Source of the DNA: Camelus dromedarius
Taxonomy: Eukaryota
DNA: 64,000 nucleotides
Direction of reading: 5' to 3'
NCBI RefSeq assembly: GCF_036321535.1
Contig: NC_087437.1
Coordinates: forward strand, 78,990,001 to 79,054,000
The notes beneath the pieces are model-generated. The model worked only from the letters and a program-made list of their open reading frames with translations. It ran no database searches and was not told the origin of the DNA. Shown here in pieces: positions 1-12,330 of this stretch. Positions within the stretch are counted from its first letter, which is position 1. Every line of letters starts with the position of its first letter. Both the position numbers and the translations under genes were made by a program.

Positions 1-2329
1 GGACAAAGAGGAAAACATCTCTTGACTTCCTTCAAAGTCCAAAATATATTCCATAATAATGGGGATACATCAATTTCTGTCAAGATCAAACTTTATAGTT
101 ATGAAAACTTGAATAATGAACTTTGAAATGGTTTTAGAAAAAATTTATCTCCCTCAAACTTTCTGCCATATAGGAAGCTATATAATTTTGCTTTTTAATA
201 TATTAGGCCCTGATTTTTAATCATAAAAATGTAATTCCTGAAGCTTTTAATAATGAAAATGTCATTGTGGTTTCTGTCCAAAAAAAAAAAATTTTTCTAT
301 TGTATCAATAACAAGAACTTGCAACGCTGGATTTTTTACACTGCTGTTTTCTTTAAAATTGTATAATGATATGTATCTTGATTTTTTTGAGCTACCAAAA
401 ATTCACCACTTCAAAATTTGTTGTTAAAATGAGAGGCAAAAATCCCTTTCTCAAAATGCATATTTTTTTTACTTCTTATTTATTTATTCTATTTAGAAAA
501 AAATTAAAATTTTAATTTGCGTATTCATGCACAATGTAGCCACACAAGGAGAAAGTAAAGCTCTTCTCAGAAGGGGACATCTGTCAGATGCCCTATGCTC
601 CCAGGTAGCTGCAGGCTAGGATTTAGTCAGATGAGAAATGAAAAGAAATCAACTCACAGGAAAGTCTTACATGAAAATCACTTCATTGCCATGTAGCTGG
701 TATCCTGTTCATAATTTCATGACTTGTCAAACGTTGGGAGCATACTGCTTGATAACTGAATATCACTGTATTTCTTGAATGGGCTTAAATGAGACATATC
801 CAGGGGGGATTTTTTTTATAGAGTAAAATAGAAAACTCAATTTTTCTCTAACAAAATGTAACATAGCACCTTGTTCAGAATAAACAGAAAGAAAGATAGA
901 GTAGGCAAAAGCCATCTTGTGTCCCATGCACATTCTGCCTGCTGGTCCTGCATTGTTGAGCTACCATGTGAAAAAGGTCTGAACTTCGGCTTAAGTCCTG
1001 ACTTAATGTGTCAGTTACACCAGAGCCATCTGGTGGCTTGTTAGTCCCACAAACAGTTTCCCATCCTGAAACATAATCTGCATCACTCTTACTCATTCTA
1101 CAATGTGAGAATTGCTTCTTTAAACATCTACAGCCCCCTGAGCGGTTATCATCTTGAATCACACCTGGAAATGACTATGTAGCTGGTCCATAAGGCATCA
1201 ACATCACGTCTGACACTATGTGTAGATTAAGTTCTTTCCAAAACCTAAATTGAGGACTAAGAAGTGTGTTTCCTTCTGTTATGCTTTTATCCCATAGTGC
1301 CAGAAACAGTGTGTTAGTTAGCAGATGGAGACCCAGATCACCCCTGCCTTGTTATTTAGTATCAATAGTTTGCTGTATCCTCAAAGGAGTGCACAACTGT
1401 TGCACTGCTTAGAACAAAAAGAAAATTATATCCTAAAATTGGTGTTAAAATCAAGTATCTAGTCCTTTGCTCCTCTTTAAGGGATATCCAATGAGTGATT
1501 TATAGGCACTTATATAATGCACTTTATGACTGCTTACAGAATTGGCTATTCAAAGCATAATTCTTCTGGTCATATATTGTACATCATAGAATTTAATTAA
1601 AAGTGTATCTGCTTCACTATGTAGTAAATGATGCATGCACATTACTCCACAGTATATACATATTTCATGTTATAATTATGCATTTCACAATCTAAAGTGT
1701 GCATTTAATTATAAAAAAAAGTTTTACAATTTACAAACTTGATAAACAGATTGATACGATAAATACAATTGTTTTAGAAAAGAACAAGGGGAATGTGAAA
1801 GTAAGAATTCTCTTAAAGAATTCATATTTGAAAATTTAACCTTTCTAACATTAATTAATTATATAATTAATCCAAAATACCATATATATCTTGCATCAAC
1901 AATATAGAATGTTTTCGCTGATGGCCAAGATGATGATATTAAGGATCATAATTCTTGTTTATTAGAAACTCAAAATCACTTTCTGTGAAGAGGCAAATAT
2001 TTTAAGTTTGTGAAATTTGACTGATATAATCTTAGCTGTGTTCTTATTAGCCCTTCTCGTTTGGGGCTTCTTAGATGTTCAGTTGCCACCACTCTGTCAA
2101 AATCTGATTTCTGGAATGAAGCTGGAACTTGCCATTTACAAAGAGTGTGCTCTGAAACTGAATCTACGTCTCCCAGGGTTAAGCTCATTTAAGTGTCATC
2201 TTTATGTGAGGACATCTTGCTGAACATGTCTGTGTGAACATTTTCCTAGTAAAACACCTGCTTTTTTAAAATATAACTAAATTTTATAAGTGAGCTTCCA
2301 GTCTAAATGTTGCATAATGATAGATGACT

Positions 2330-2490
2330 TTTTTCTGTTGCTACTTTTAATATTGTTATTGCTTTAGTTTTCATCAGTTTAGCTACAGTTTACTTACATA
2401 TAAGTTTATTTATCCAGCTTTCATTTTGTAGAGCATTTAGAAGTTGTGACTTGCTCTGTCTCCTCAGTTTTGGAAAGTAGCCATTATGTT
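2330..2490 (-). mobile_element. Old L1 (L1ME/L1M5-like) ORF1 fragment, antisense
   Basis: 'ttttcatcagtttagctac...cagttttggaaagtagccatta' resembles the reverse complement of old L1 ORF1 ('ataatggctgagaattttccaaaactgatga'). Confidence 0.6.
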
Positions 2491-2539
2491 GAAGGAAATT
2501 TTTTTTTGAAATGAGAACTGTGGTGAAGAGCCATATATT

Positions 2540-2800
2540 ACATAAAGAAACAAATAGAAATTTTAGGACTAAAACTTCAGTGACTAAATTAAATAATAAA
2601 GAATAAATTTAAGAGATGATTAGACAAGTTAAAGAGACAATTAGTAAAGTGCGTGATATTTCAGAATAAAGCATTCAGAATGATGAAATGGGATTAACAA
2701 ATAAAAGAAATTTAGTACAGACAAATGGATACAAGCCAGACATTTAAAATACATACATTTAGAGTTTCAGAAAAAGAAGGAGAGAATGGAGAGACATTAT
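2540..2800 (+). mobile_element. Old L1 ORF1 coiled-coil region fragment
   Basis: A-rich 'aaagaaacaaatagaaattttaggactaaaa...agagtttcagaaaaagaaggagagaatgg' typical of L1 ORF1; no intact frame. Confidence 0.6.
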
Positions 2801-2809
2801 ATCTACCAG

Positions 2810-5800
2810 TACAGGTAGGGTCAAAAGTTCTGCTGAGTTTTTAAAATTCCCATCTACCTCTTCAGAAGGCTTATATATCCTAGGGGGAAAGTGATCTCCA
2901 AATGCCATTAACAGAATCCTGTTTTTTTATTTCATATGAAAATGCATTTTAGACCTCTCAGGGAAGTCAGGCCTCTAGGATCAAAGTTTTCTTAATAAAT
3001 AGAGCTGTGGAGGAATTTGCCTGGCATTTTGTTAGGTTTTACCCTTGAGACATTTAACAGTTACTTAAGCTGTACAAGGCAGGGTGCCAATAAAGTCAGC
3101 AAAAAACAGGCAGAAAGCTCAGCAGAGACAGTAATGAAATCGCTTAGTGCTGACAATTACAATTAAGGCCCACCAAGTAGGAAGAATCCCTTTTGGAGCC
3201 CAAAAGGTAGACCAAACTTGACAAAGTTTATGACATATCTAATCTGGAATTAGCTGAGAACCTAAGTGTAATAAGGTGATCTACTCCTGATGTGGTTCCT
3301 TATAAAGGGATATTGTGAATCATCTATGGAAGAAATAGATCATAATCCAAAGCCTCAGTAATTTTTATTTAAAAAAAAAAGACCAACATTAACTAAAAAT
3401 TAGCAAGCATTAGAAGGAAGGAACAAGGAAAATAAAGAAAGAAGGAAAGAAAGAAAGGGAAAGAGGGAAAGAAGAAAACAGACAACGAAAAGAGACCCGA
3501 AGGATGAGGGGTCATCCAATTTTGGAGTTACTAAGCATGGGCATTAAAGTAACTATACTTAATGTGTTCAAAATGGAAAAATTTCATCAGAGAACTAGAA
3601 TCATTAAAAAAAAAATCAATACTTGGAGTGTTCATATACCAGCTGCCTAAACAAACAAATAAACAAAAAATACTTTAAATAAAAAGACACAAATAGGCTA
3701 AATGTAAAATGATGGATAAAGATACCCTATGATAATGCAACTAAAAAAAAAAAAAAGCTGGAATGGCTTTATTTATCTCAAGCAGAGGACAAAATATTGC
3801 CAGACATATAGAGGGTCAATTCCTAATTATAAAGAAGTCAGTTTATGAAGGACATAACAATTCTAAACCTTTATGCTTTGAATAATATAACAAACACACC
3901 CAAAGCAAAAACTGTAAGGAGAAATAGACAATTCCATAATTATTACCAGATATTTCAGAACCTCAATTAAATACCTAAAAATATAAGGAGAAAAATCAGT
4001 AAAGAAATCAAAAACTCAAAGAATCTATCTACCACAAAGCTAGAATTAGTATGAAATCATACCAAAGACATCACAAGTAAAGAAATCTACAGAACAGTAT
4101 CTTTCATTAATATAGATGCAAAAAAGCTTGTCAAAGTTATAACAAATTATATTCAATGATATATAAAAAGGACAGTATAACTTGGCAAAACAGTGTCTAT
4201 CTGATGAGTGCAGTGTTGATTTAGTATTTGAGAATGAAGTCATGTTATGCATCATATCAACAAACTAAAAAATAATAGCTATGCTATCATATCAATAGAC
4301 ACTAAAAGGACAACTGACAAAGTTCAACATCTGTTCTTGGTACAGACTTTCTCAGCAAACTAAGATTATAACCAGACTTTCTAAATCTCATGAAGGGCAT
4401 GTACAAAAATCCTTATGGCTTTAATTATATTTAATAAGGAAAGGCTGAGTACTATAATGCTGAGAACAACTGAATATAATAAATCAAAGTGCTTGTACTT
4501 GCAGAAAAAAGGACTGTTCATATTTTAAAAAGTGATTATATCTGCGAAAGAGTTACTATTACTGTGTTGACACCAGAACAACAGTCAAAAATAAACTATA
4601 ATCCTACATTCTAGCACAAAATTAGTTCTATATTATAGTAACAATTAGAAATTGAAATAAAAAGAACCATAATATTCACAGTAGCATCAAAAATTTGAAA
4701 TACCAAGATCTAAATAGGTCTGAAGATGTGCATGACCTGAACACTACCAATGATAAAACGTTGCCGAAAAGAATTAAAGACATAAATAAATGGAAAAGTA
4801 TGGTATGTATATAAAAGTATGGTAATTTTATTTATATTATATTTACATATTATATCTGTATTTATTTGCTATATATAACTTATATATATATATACATTTA
4901 TATAAAATACTATGCTATGTACAATATTGTATTTATGTACTGAAAAAATAATTATAGTTAAAATGTTAATTCTACTCCCAAATTAATCTGTATATTCAAT
5001 GTAATCTCAGTCAGAGTCCTAGCACCCTTTTGTAGAGAATTGATGATTCTAAACTTCATGTGGACTTATGAATCCTCAAGTCATTTTGAGTAAGAAAGAA
5101 GTTATATAACTTAGCCTATCTGACATTAAGACTTTTTATATAGCTATGTTATCAGGAGAGTGTGGCACTGGCATCAAGATAGACAAATAGATCAATGGCA
5201 TAAGATAGGTAATCAAAACCTATGCATCAAAACAAAATAATTTTGGATAAAGATCTAAAAGCAGATCAATTGAAAAATGATAGTATTTTCAATAAATTGT
5301 TCTGCTAAAATTTGACATGCATATGCAAAAATAATTTTTAATTCATAACTTATACCTAAAAATTAATGTATAATACCTCCAAAATATGCAAATGAACCTT
5401 GACACATATGTCACACCTGCAAAAATTAATACAAAATTGTTTTTCAAACCAAATGTAAAATGTAAAACTTTAAAAATTCTAAACGTAAGCATAGAAGAAA
5501 ATATGGCGACATTGGTTTAAGCAATATTTCTTATTTATGATGTCAAAACTATGATCCATAAAGAAAGCAATAGGACTTTATCAAAATTAAGAACTGGTAC
5601 TTGAAGAATGCTGTGAAGACCAATATGACAAGCCATAAATTGGGAGAAAATATGTGAAACCATTTGCCTCATAAAAAGCTTGTATGCATTATATATAAAG
5701 AATCTCAAAACTCAATGAAAAGTAAACAATAAAGTTAGGCAAAATTTTTGAATAGACATTTTACCAAAGAAAATAGGGATGTTAAGTTAGTGCTATGAAA

Positions 5801-6545
5801 TGAATTCAACATTATTAGTCATGAGGTAAATGCAAAATTCAGTAAGATGTCTCTATATATCTATTAGTATGGATAAAGTTAAAATGACTGATCATGCCAA
5901 ATACTAGTGAGGATGCAGAGGAACTACAACTAATTTCTGGTGATGAGAAAAGTTAGGCAGTTTCTAAAATATATATATATGTGTATATGTATGTATATAT
6001 ATTATTTTTGTATCATCTAGTCTACTCCTAGGTATTAACCTAGAGAAGTTAAAACAATTGTTCATGCAGACACTTGTACACCAATGTTCAGAACAGCTTT
6101 ATTGTAACAGCCAAAAGCTACAAACAATCCAGATATCCATTTGGTGAATGGATCAACAAATCTGGCATATCAACACAATGAATACTATTCAGCATTAAAT
6201 ATGAAATGACTGTTGATACACAAAAACGTGGATGAATATCAAAATAATTATGCTGAGTTGGAGAAGCCATACAAAACAATTAATATTGTATGTTTCAATT
6301 TACATAAAATTCCATAAAGTAAGCTGTAGTGACAGAAAGTGGATCAGTGATTTATCTGAGGAAAGGGATTGGGCAAGGAAAGAGGGTCAAAAAAAGGAGC
6401 TGGTTATATAACTATATTATACATTTGTCATCTTGATTGTGGTCATGATTTCATGCATATATTCATACGATACAACCTGAACACTTTAAAGATACGAAGT
6501 TTATTATATGTAAATTCTACTGCTATGTATTTGTTTAAAAATAAA
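2810..6545 (+). mobile_element. Degenerate, internally deleted L1 (L1MC/L1MD-like) with 5' region, endonuclease and RT remnants and 3'UTR
   Basis: EN-region motif 'aaaaagacacaaataggctaaatgtaaaatgatgg...aaagctggaatggct' (~3680-3770); RT-region 'aatatagatgcaaaaaagctt', 'gacaaagttcaacatc' (~4110-4330); 3'UTR 'tcttgattgtggtcatgatttcatg...ttattatatgtaaatt' ending in an A-rich tail near 6540. Confidence 0.85.
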
Positions 6546-7529
6546 AAGTAATAAAATATGCAAAAAAGACAATAGCTAGAGGGAAATGTTTGTATGTCAA
6601 TGAGAATGAGCCAATAGAGAATCAGATATCGATTATGAGGCATGAAGTTTAATTTAAGGAGTAAAACATTAAGTCACAATGAAGTTGAATTCAGAGCAAA
6701 ACTAGAAAGATTATCATCAAAAGAAAAAATTTCATTGTAAATGAAGTGATGACAGAGATACATAGGTATAAGTGGACTAAAAATTTAGAAGTCACAAATG
6801 AGAACATTCCACTCTGCAGTGAAATCAGAAACTGGTAAAGATAGGAAAATTTGAGAAAAGAGAAAAGTTATAAGATAGTTTTCTTAGAGAGCTAGAAGCG
6901 AAATTACTGCTCACTAATTGCAGTGTTAATGAAGATGTATACATCATGATGTGGGAGGAGAATACTAGAGGAAATGCAAAAGAATTCTGGGTAGAAAAGA
7001 TACATATCCTATAATGTGAAAAGTGTTCTGACGCTACCAGCATATAATGAAGATGACATTCCTTTAAATATTATTTTAAGTGCAGTATTAGTGCAGCTAA
7101 GGTTAGACTGTTGTTTTCTTTTCTTTATATTATTGGGGAGTAGTAGATGAACAGAAATGAATATGCAGATTCAGGAAATAGAGCTCACTCATTAAACGTT
7201 TTTTATCATGATTTTTAATAAGTATGACATACTTATTATTATACCAGTGCCAGTTCCACTGTCATTAATGTAGACTGGAATCAGATTGACAGGTGTGTAA
7301 GACATTTCTGTGGATGGTTAGGGCTACACATGTTAAGTGTGTATACAGTAACTGAAGTCCATATTCATAACAAGATACCTTATGTAGCACGGCAGTGAAA
7401 TCATAACATTAATGATTATCCTAAGGCTATGACTACTACAGCTTGGGGAGCACTAAAATCCATAAACCAGAGTTTATTTTTAGAGAATAATGAGGAAAAA
7501 TAAGAAAATTGAACCAGGAAGAATCCAAG

Positions 7530-7935
7530 CCTGTCAGAGTGGTAATTACCTGCCAATACCCATTATCTTCTTTCTTAGTAATAGGGTTTGGATAGCTATG
7601 TGGTCACCCAGCTAAATGATAGTTTCTTTTATCTTTTTCTTGCTAGGTGTAGGCATGTCAATCAATTTTGGCCAATCTGATGTGTATGATAGAATGGTTG
7701 TCGATTCTAGGACTTGTTCATAAAATGATTAGGTATTTCCTATTCTAGTCCTTTCTCCCGCCCACTTGCAGAAAGATGATGGAAACTGAAATAGCACAGT
7801 TGACCCAGAGGATGACAAGAATGGCAGAGCAGCCAGAGCAGCCCGAGCAGCCCTGATATGCTTAACTTTCTACGGTTACTTACTTCAGCCTTGTTTCAGC
7901 CATTAGATTTTGTGGTCTTCTTGTTAGAACAATTT
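7530..7935 (+). mobile_element. ERVL solo LTR, LTR16-like
   Basis: 'cacccagctaaa...tgctaggtgtaggcatgtcaatcaattttggccaat' resembles the LTR16-family core 'gctaggtgtggccatgtgactaagttctggccaat'. Confidence 0.6.
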
Positions 7936-7974
7936 ATCAAAATCTTCCCGGAGAACTCCCAAATATGTGATAAT

Positions 7975-8190
7975 CATTAAGGCTGCTGTTTATCAAGAAC
8001 TTACAATAAGCCAGTAGTTTCTTATACTGTTTATATCCTAAGCAACCCTACAGGCTGTAGAGAGAATAATGAGACCAAGAGAAAATAACCATATGCACAA
8101 GTTCAAACATCTAATAAGCTGAAGATGTGTAATGGGATTTGAACTCAGATCTCAGGGACCCTGAAGTCCTCGTGTTTTCCATTATGTTAT
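7975..8190 (-). mobile_element. MIR SINE fragment
   Basis: 'gcacaagttcaaacatctaataag...gggatttgaactcagatct' matches the antisense MIR core. Confidence 0.6.
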
Positions 8191-8664
8191 AGAATCTTTT
8201 CAAGTGAAGAAAAGTTAGCCTCATAGAAGCAGCGAACATCCAATCTGGAAGATGTAAAAATGAAGCTGAGGTCTTACCCATCTTTGCATTTCTGGAATTT
8301 CTAAGACATTAAATAAAGGCATTAAGCTGCTCTAAGTTATTCAGTGGAAATAAATTGCACCTTCTCTGTATGTGTTAGACAAGAAAAGTAGCTGAGTGAC
8401 CTTGTAGGATTTTTGCATGACAACATTAAAAACCAAGTCAAAGATATTTATCAAAACAAATAATAAAATTTGTGGCATACAATCAAAATAATAAGCCTCT
8501 TTTCAGAATAAAAAGGGCAGAATCAGGATGGAAGTCTGTTCCTTCCAGGTCTTGTTGCTGTTATTTATTTAATAAAGTTTACTGATAATTTGTAATCATT
8601 AACAACTACTGAATCAATCATGTAACAATTATAAAGTGCCTCAGAAGCACATGCCCTTCAGGGA

Positions 8665-9118
8665 GTGTGTGATGGCAGAGTGGTTTGTTAAATCTGTGAC
8701 AGATTTTATTTCACACAACCTCCTAAGGTATCCATGTGCAAGGATTTAGTAGTTAAGAGACCATGAAGCAGCAGCAGCATATGCAGCCAGCTCTCAGAGA
8801 AGGAATGTGACTCCTCAGTGATGAGATCAGTGTGGCTCCCAGAGCTATTAAAAGCAGTGAGTATTGTCCACACCCACAGGAGAAGTAGCACACAGGTGAG
8901 AAAACTCCATGTGTCAGTTTATTGCTTGTGACCAAATATCAGCCTAATAGTTGCTACCAAGACTCAGGAGGGTGACCCAGCAGCTGCTTCTATGTGGTCA
9001 CCCAGCTAAATGCATACTTCTTGAGAGGACAGATGCAGTTGTGCAAAATAGGCCAGTTCCCAGAATGCCTGTGAAACTCTGATGAGCCTAACTTCTTTCC
9101 TTATAGCCTCGGGACACA
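8665..9118 (-). mobile_element. Ancient LTR-like element, family uncertain
   Basis: GC-richer ~450-bp block starting 'tgtgatgg' and ending 'ggacaca', with an antisense AATAAA ('tttatt' near 8920). Confidence 0.35.
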
Positions 9119-9171
9119 AAGTGGAGCAAACATAAGTCCTATCTTTTTACATTTTTATTTTGTTTTAGTTT

Positions 9172-9209
9172 CTTTTTGTTTTGTTTTGTTTTGTTTTGTT
9201 TGTTTTGTT
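9172..9209. repeat. (TTTTG)n microsatellite
   Basis: Directly visible 'tttgttttgttttgttttgttttgtttgttttgttg'. Confidence 0.85.
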
Positions 9210-10104
9210 GGTAAGAGTATGTGGAATAAAAGAAGTCAATGACTGAACCAAATAATGACTCAGTAAGATGAAATTTCAGAATAAGTTATTGAAACCAAGC
9301 TTAATTATTTTGTTAAAATTCTGCTTCAAGAAAAAAAAAAAGAATGTTAAAATGTTCCACTATTGCATTTGTTTCATAGTAATATAATTTACTACTCAGC
9401 TAGTTTTCATTCCTGTAAGTGACATCTTCTATTTACCATCTAAAAAATGGCTTTTCCCACGTAAACTTGATGCTATCTCATGTCAGAAACTGTAATCATC
9501 CATAACACTGAATGGAAGAATAGCAGTTATTAAAAAGTACTGAGTGGTCATTGGGTGGTATTAGGCAGCAGATTATTGCAGTAGAATCCCCCATGACTTC
9601 CCTTTCCCACATACACATGTGCACTCATAGTGATCTTCTCCTAGCATGGTGTCCTAGTCAGCTAAACTGACTGAGAATCACAGCTCCTTGACAAGACCAT
9701 GTTAAGCATGGCACCTTACCTTTGAGCAAGGAAAACATCAGCCTCATGAATTTGGTTCTTTGTCCATACGTGCTCTCCCCCCATGTGCAATAGTCTCTCA
9801 AGTATTTTTGAATATGATATCTCTAAATTTGTGCATTTATGCAAACTCATAAAACAGAAAACGAGCTTCCAAAATACAAATCTGTTGAAGTTTGCCCATA
9901 TTTTCAAAAGATTTTGTGGACATTAACAAAGTTCAGCAACTCTTTCTTGAGCGACCTCTTATGCAGTTACTAAGGCAGACATGATCTCCCTCACTAGGGC
10001 TTAGAGTCTTACAAAAAGACACGCCTTTTCCAACTACTTAGCAGGACATTAGCTACTTGATTTCAGAGGTTGTTTGATGTGCTGTGTATACAAAAACCTC
10101 AAGC

Positions 10105-10500
10105 AGAGCTGGGCATATCTTAAACACTCAGCAAATACTTATTAATGACTTCTAACTACCTGAGTTCTATGAAGAACTTCAACATAACCTAATCTATGTA
10201 GTCTGGAAAAATTCCCTCGCAGAAAGAACATAAAAATTCAGATCTAAAAGTTATGAAGAAGTTAGCTAGATGAAGAAAGATATGAGACCATTCAAGCAGA
10301 GGAACATATAGGAATATTTCTAAGATGTTAGCAGGATGTTGTATTCATATAAATGGAAGAATTTTAATATGGGAGTGGAAAGTAGAGAATGATGTGAAAA
10401 ACAGATGGAGAATGTGTAAGGCAAAAGGTCTTATAGGGCGCTGTAGAGACTGGGTGTTTTATACTAAGAATAGAAACTCACTGGAACAACTGAAGGACAG
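10105..10500 (-). mobile_element. L2 LINE fragments
   Basis: 'cactcagcaaatacttatt' and 'ggtcttatagggcgctgtagagactgggtgttttatactaag' resemble antisense L2 3' region. Confidence 0.45.
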
Positions 10501-10517
10501 AAATATGTTTTTTTTCA

Positions 10518-10677
10518 GGGGGAGGGTATAGCTCAGTGGTAGAGCATGTGCTTAGCATGCATGAGGTCCTGGGTTCAATCCCCAGTACCTCCATTAAAAT
10601 AAATAAATAAACAAACAAACAAACAAACAAATAAACAAACAAACCTAAAAAGTTAAAAAAGAAAAAAAAGTGCTTAA
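10518..10677 (+). mobile_element. Camelid tRNA-derived SINE (vic-1 type) with A-rich tail and target-site duplication
   Basis: tRNA-like head 'ggggagggtatagctcagtggtagagc...gggttcaatccccagtacctcca' with Pol III A box (TAGCTCAGTGG) and B box (GGTTCAATCC), followed by an (AAAT)/(AAAC)n tail. TSD 'aaatatgttttttttca' (10501-10517) versus 'aaatgtgtttttttca' (10678-10693). Confidence 0.9.
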
Positions 10678-11019
10678 AAATGTGTTTTTTTCATTTATTC
10701 TTTATTCATTTGTTCATTATTTTATTCATTAATTTAATTTCTCAGAACTGTTTCAGTATTAGGAGAAATAATGTTGACTCACAGATCCAGTCTTACATAC
10801 ATACTTCTGTAACCTTCCAGGAATCACTTAACTTTTTCTTGTCTCATTTTATCATTCATAAAGTATAATTTTAAGTTTAAATAGGTAATCATCAATCTTC
10901 CCTTGTCTAAAAGCCTATACCTTAATAACAGTTATAAATATTTTCTTATAGACCCTTATTTTAATGGTTGGTCAGCAGTGGATACCTTCCCTTAGCAGGA
11001 TAATCGTAGAGGAAGAAGA

Positions 11020-11460
11020 AATGCCTACTTCCTGACATTGTGCCTATTAAGATACACGGTTGCTTTAGTTTCAGTTCTCTCAAAAACAAAACTTACATAT
11101 CAATGCAGAGTGAAGAGGTGGGCAGAGTTGATTTGGGTGAGGGGATCAGGAGGAGAGGAAGAGATAAAAATGGAAGAAAAGTCAAAAAGACCATTGTCGA
11201 GCTCTTTACTGCAGCGGAAAACTGGGGCTCCATTCTACTTGGAACCCTCTGAGGATTTGTGCAGAAAGCACCTTAAAATTGTCCCTCCAGATTGCAGGGA
11301 TATAGACCAAATTTCTACTTCCTTCTGCTCTTATTATTTGATGACTAGTTAAGGAGACTTCTATTACTAAGGAATATCTCTGGAGAAGAAACCCAAAAAA
11401 AGTCTCAGTTTGTGCCTGAGAGGAACCAAAAGTGTCTACCAAGTTGGCATTGTGAGAAAA
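11020..11460. mobile_element. ERVL LTR fragment, LTR33-like
   Basis: 'tactgcagcggaaaactggggctccattctacttggaaccctctgagga...aaattgtccc' resembles the LTR33/LTR16 group consensus. Confidence 0.5.
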
Positions 11461-11579
11461 CAAGGAACACACTTGATTTCAGAGGTTGTTTGATGTGCTG
11501 TGTATACATTTTGCTAATGTTGCTCGTCTAGCAGAAAGGTGTTTATATAAATAAAAAAAAGTGAACTAGAAAAAAAAAG

Positions 11580-12330
11580 GTATAGAGAGTGATTCTACGG
11601 AACTTGGGTATAATTCTCAGAATGAGGAGTCATTGAAGGGGTCTAGACTGATAAGTGATTGCCCTATCTGTATTTTAGACTGAAAATTCTGAGTGCAATA
11701 TGGAAGTCAATTTAAAATGGGGGACACCCACTGGAGCATCTCTCTACTTCCTACATAAAAATGTTCACACTCCTCAATGTTCTGTATATGCCATTCAGTT
11801 GGGGTGAGGGGTGGGTATAAAAGTTACACAGATAACATTTTGATAATATAACAGAATGAATGAAATGGTAGGGGAAGATTAATGAAACATTTTGAAAATG
11901 AAACTAGTTATATCTGAGGAATGAATATGAGGAAGGGAGGATTATCTAGACCGATTCCCAAGGTCTCTGGCATGAGTGACTAAGTGTAAATTAGTAACAT
12001 CAATTAATATGAGAATACAGAAAAGTAAATATTTGTTGTTGCGTTTGTTAGAGTTATTACATGAAAATGAGATCAATATACTTTTGAATGATGAGTCTAA
12101 TTCTAGCTTGGACTAGCAATAGTGATTTAGAAGTCATTCAAATATCATTATATTTCCTGAAATTCAGCTAGGACTTGTTAGAGAAATGTTTGATTCCACT
12201 TTGGCACATTAAATACATAGTATAAACCTGGAACAATTCAGAGTGCAAAGACCTAACAGAGTCCACTTAGGTCATGTTAAAAGGACTCAGGAGCCAACCA
12301 GAAAAGGTATCAAAGGCTAAAAATGGGACA
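11580..12330 (-). mobile_element. L2 LINE fragments
   Basis: 'gaggagtcattgaagggg...gattcccaaggtctctggcatgagtgactaagtg' is typical antisense L2. Confidence 0.5.

Noticed and set aside
875..1162. 95-aa minus-strand ORF as a gene
   Set aside because: Non-ATG start, no recognisable protein similarity and no supporting multi-exon structure.
9716..9907. Minus-strand coding exon ending at a strong donor (aag|gtaagg near 9720)
   Set aside because: No convincing acceptor or recognisable peptide; isolated donor motifs are common by chance.
10518..10593. tRNA gene (tRNA-like fold ending in CCA)
   Set aside because: It is followed by an A-rich tail and flanked by a TSD, so it is a SINE head rather than a tRNA gene.
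10055..11508. CRISPR-like array, or att sites/TSD of a 1.4-kb mobile element
   Set aside because: Only two copies in a mammalian context; the enclosed sequence is a mosaic of older repeats with no element termini, recombinase or tail.
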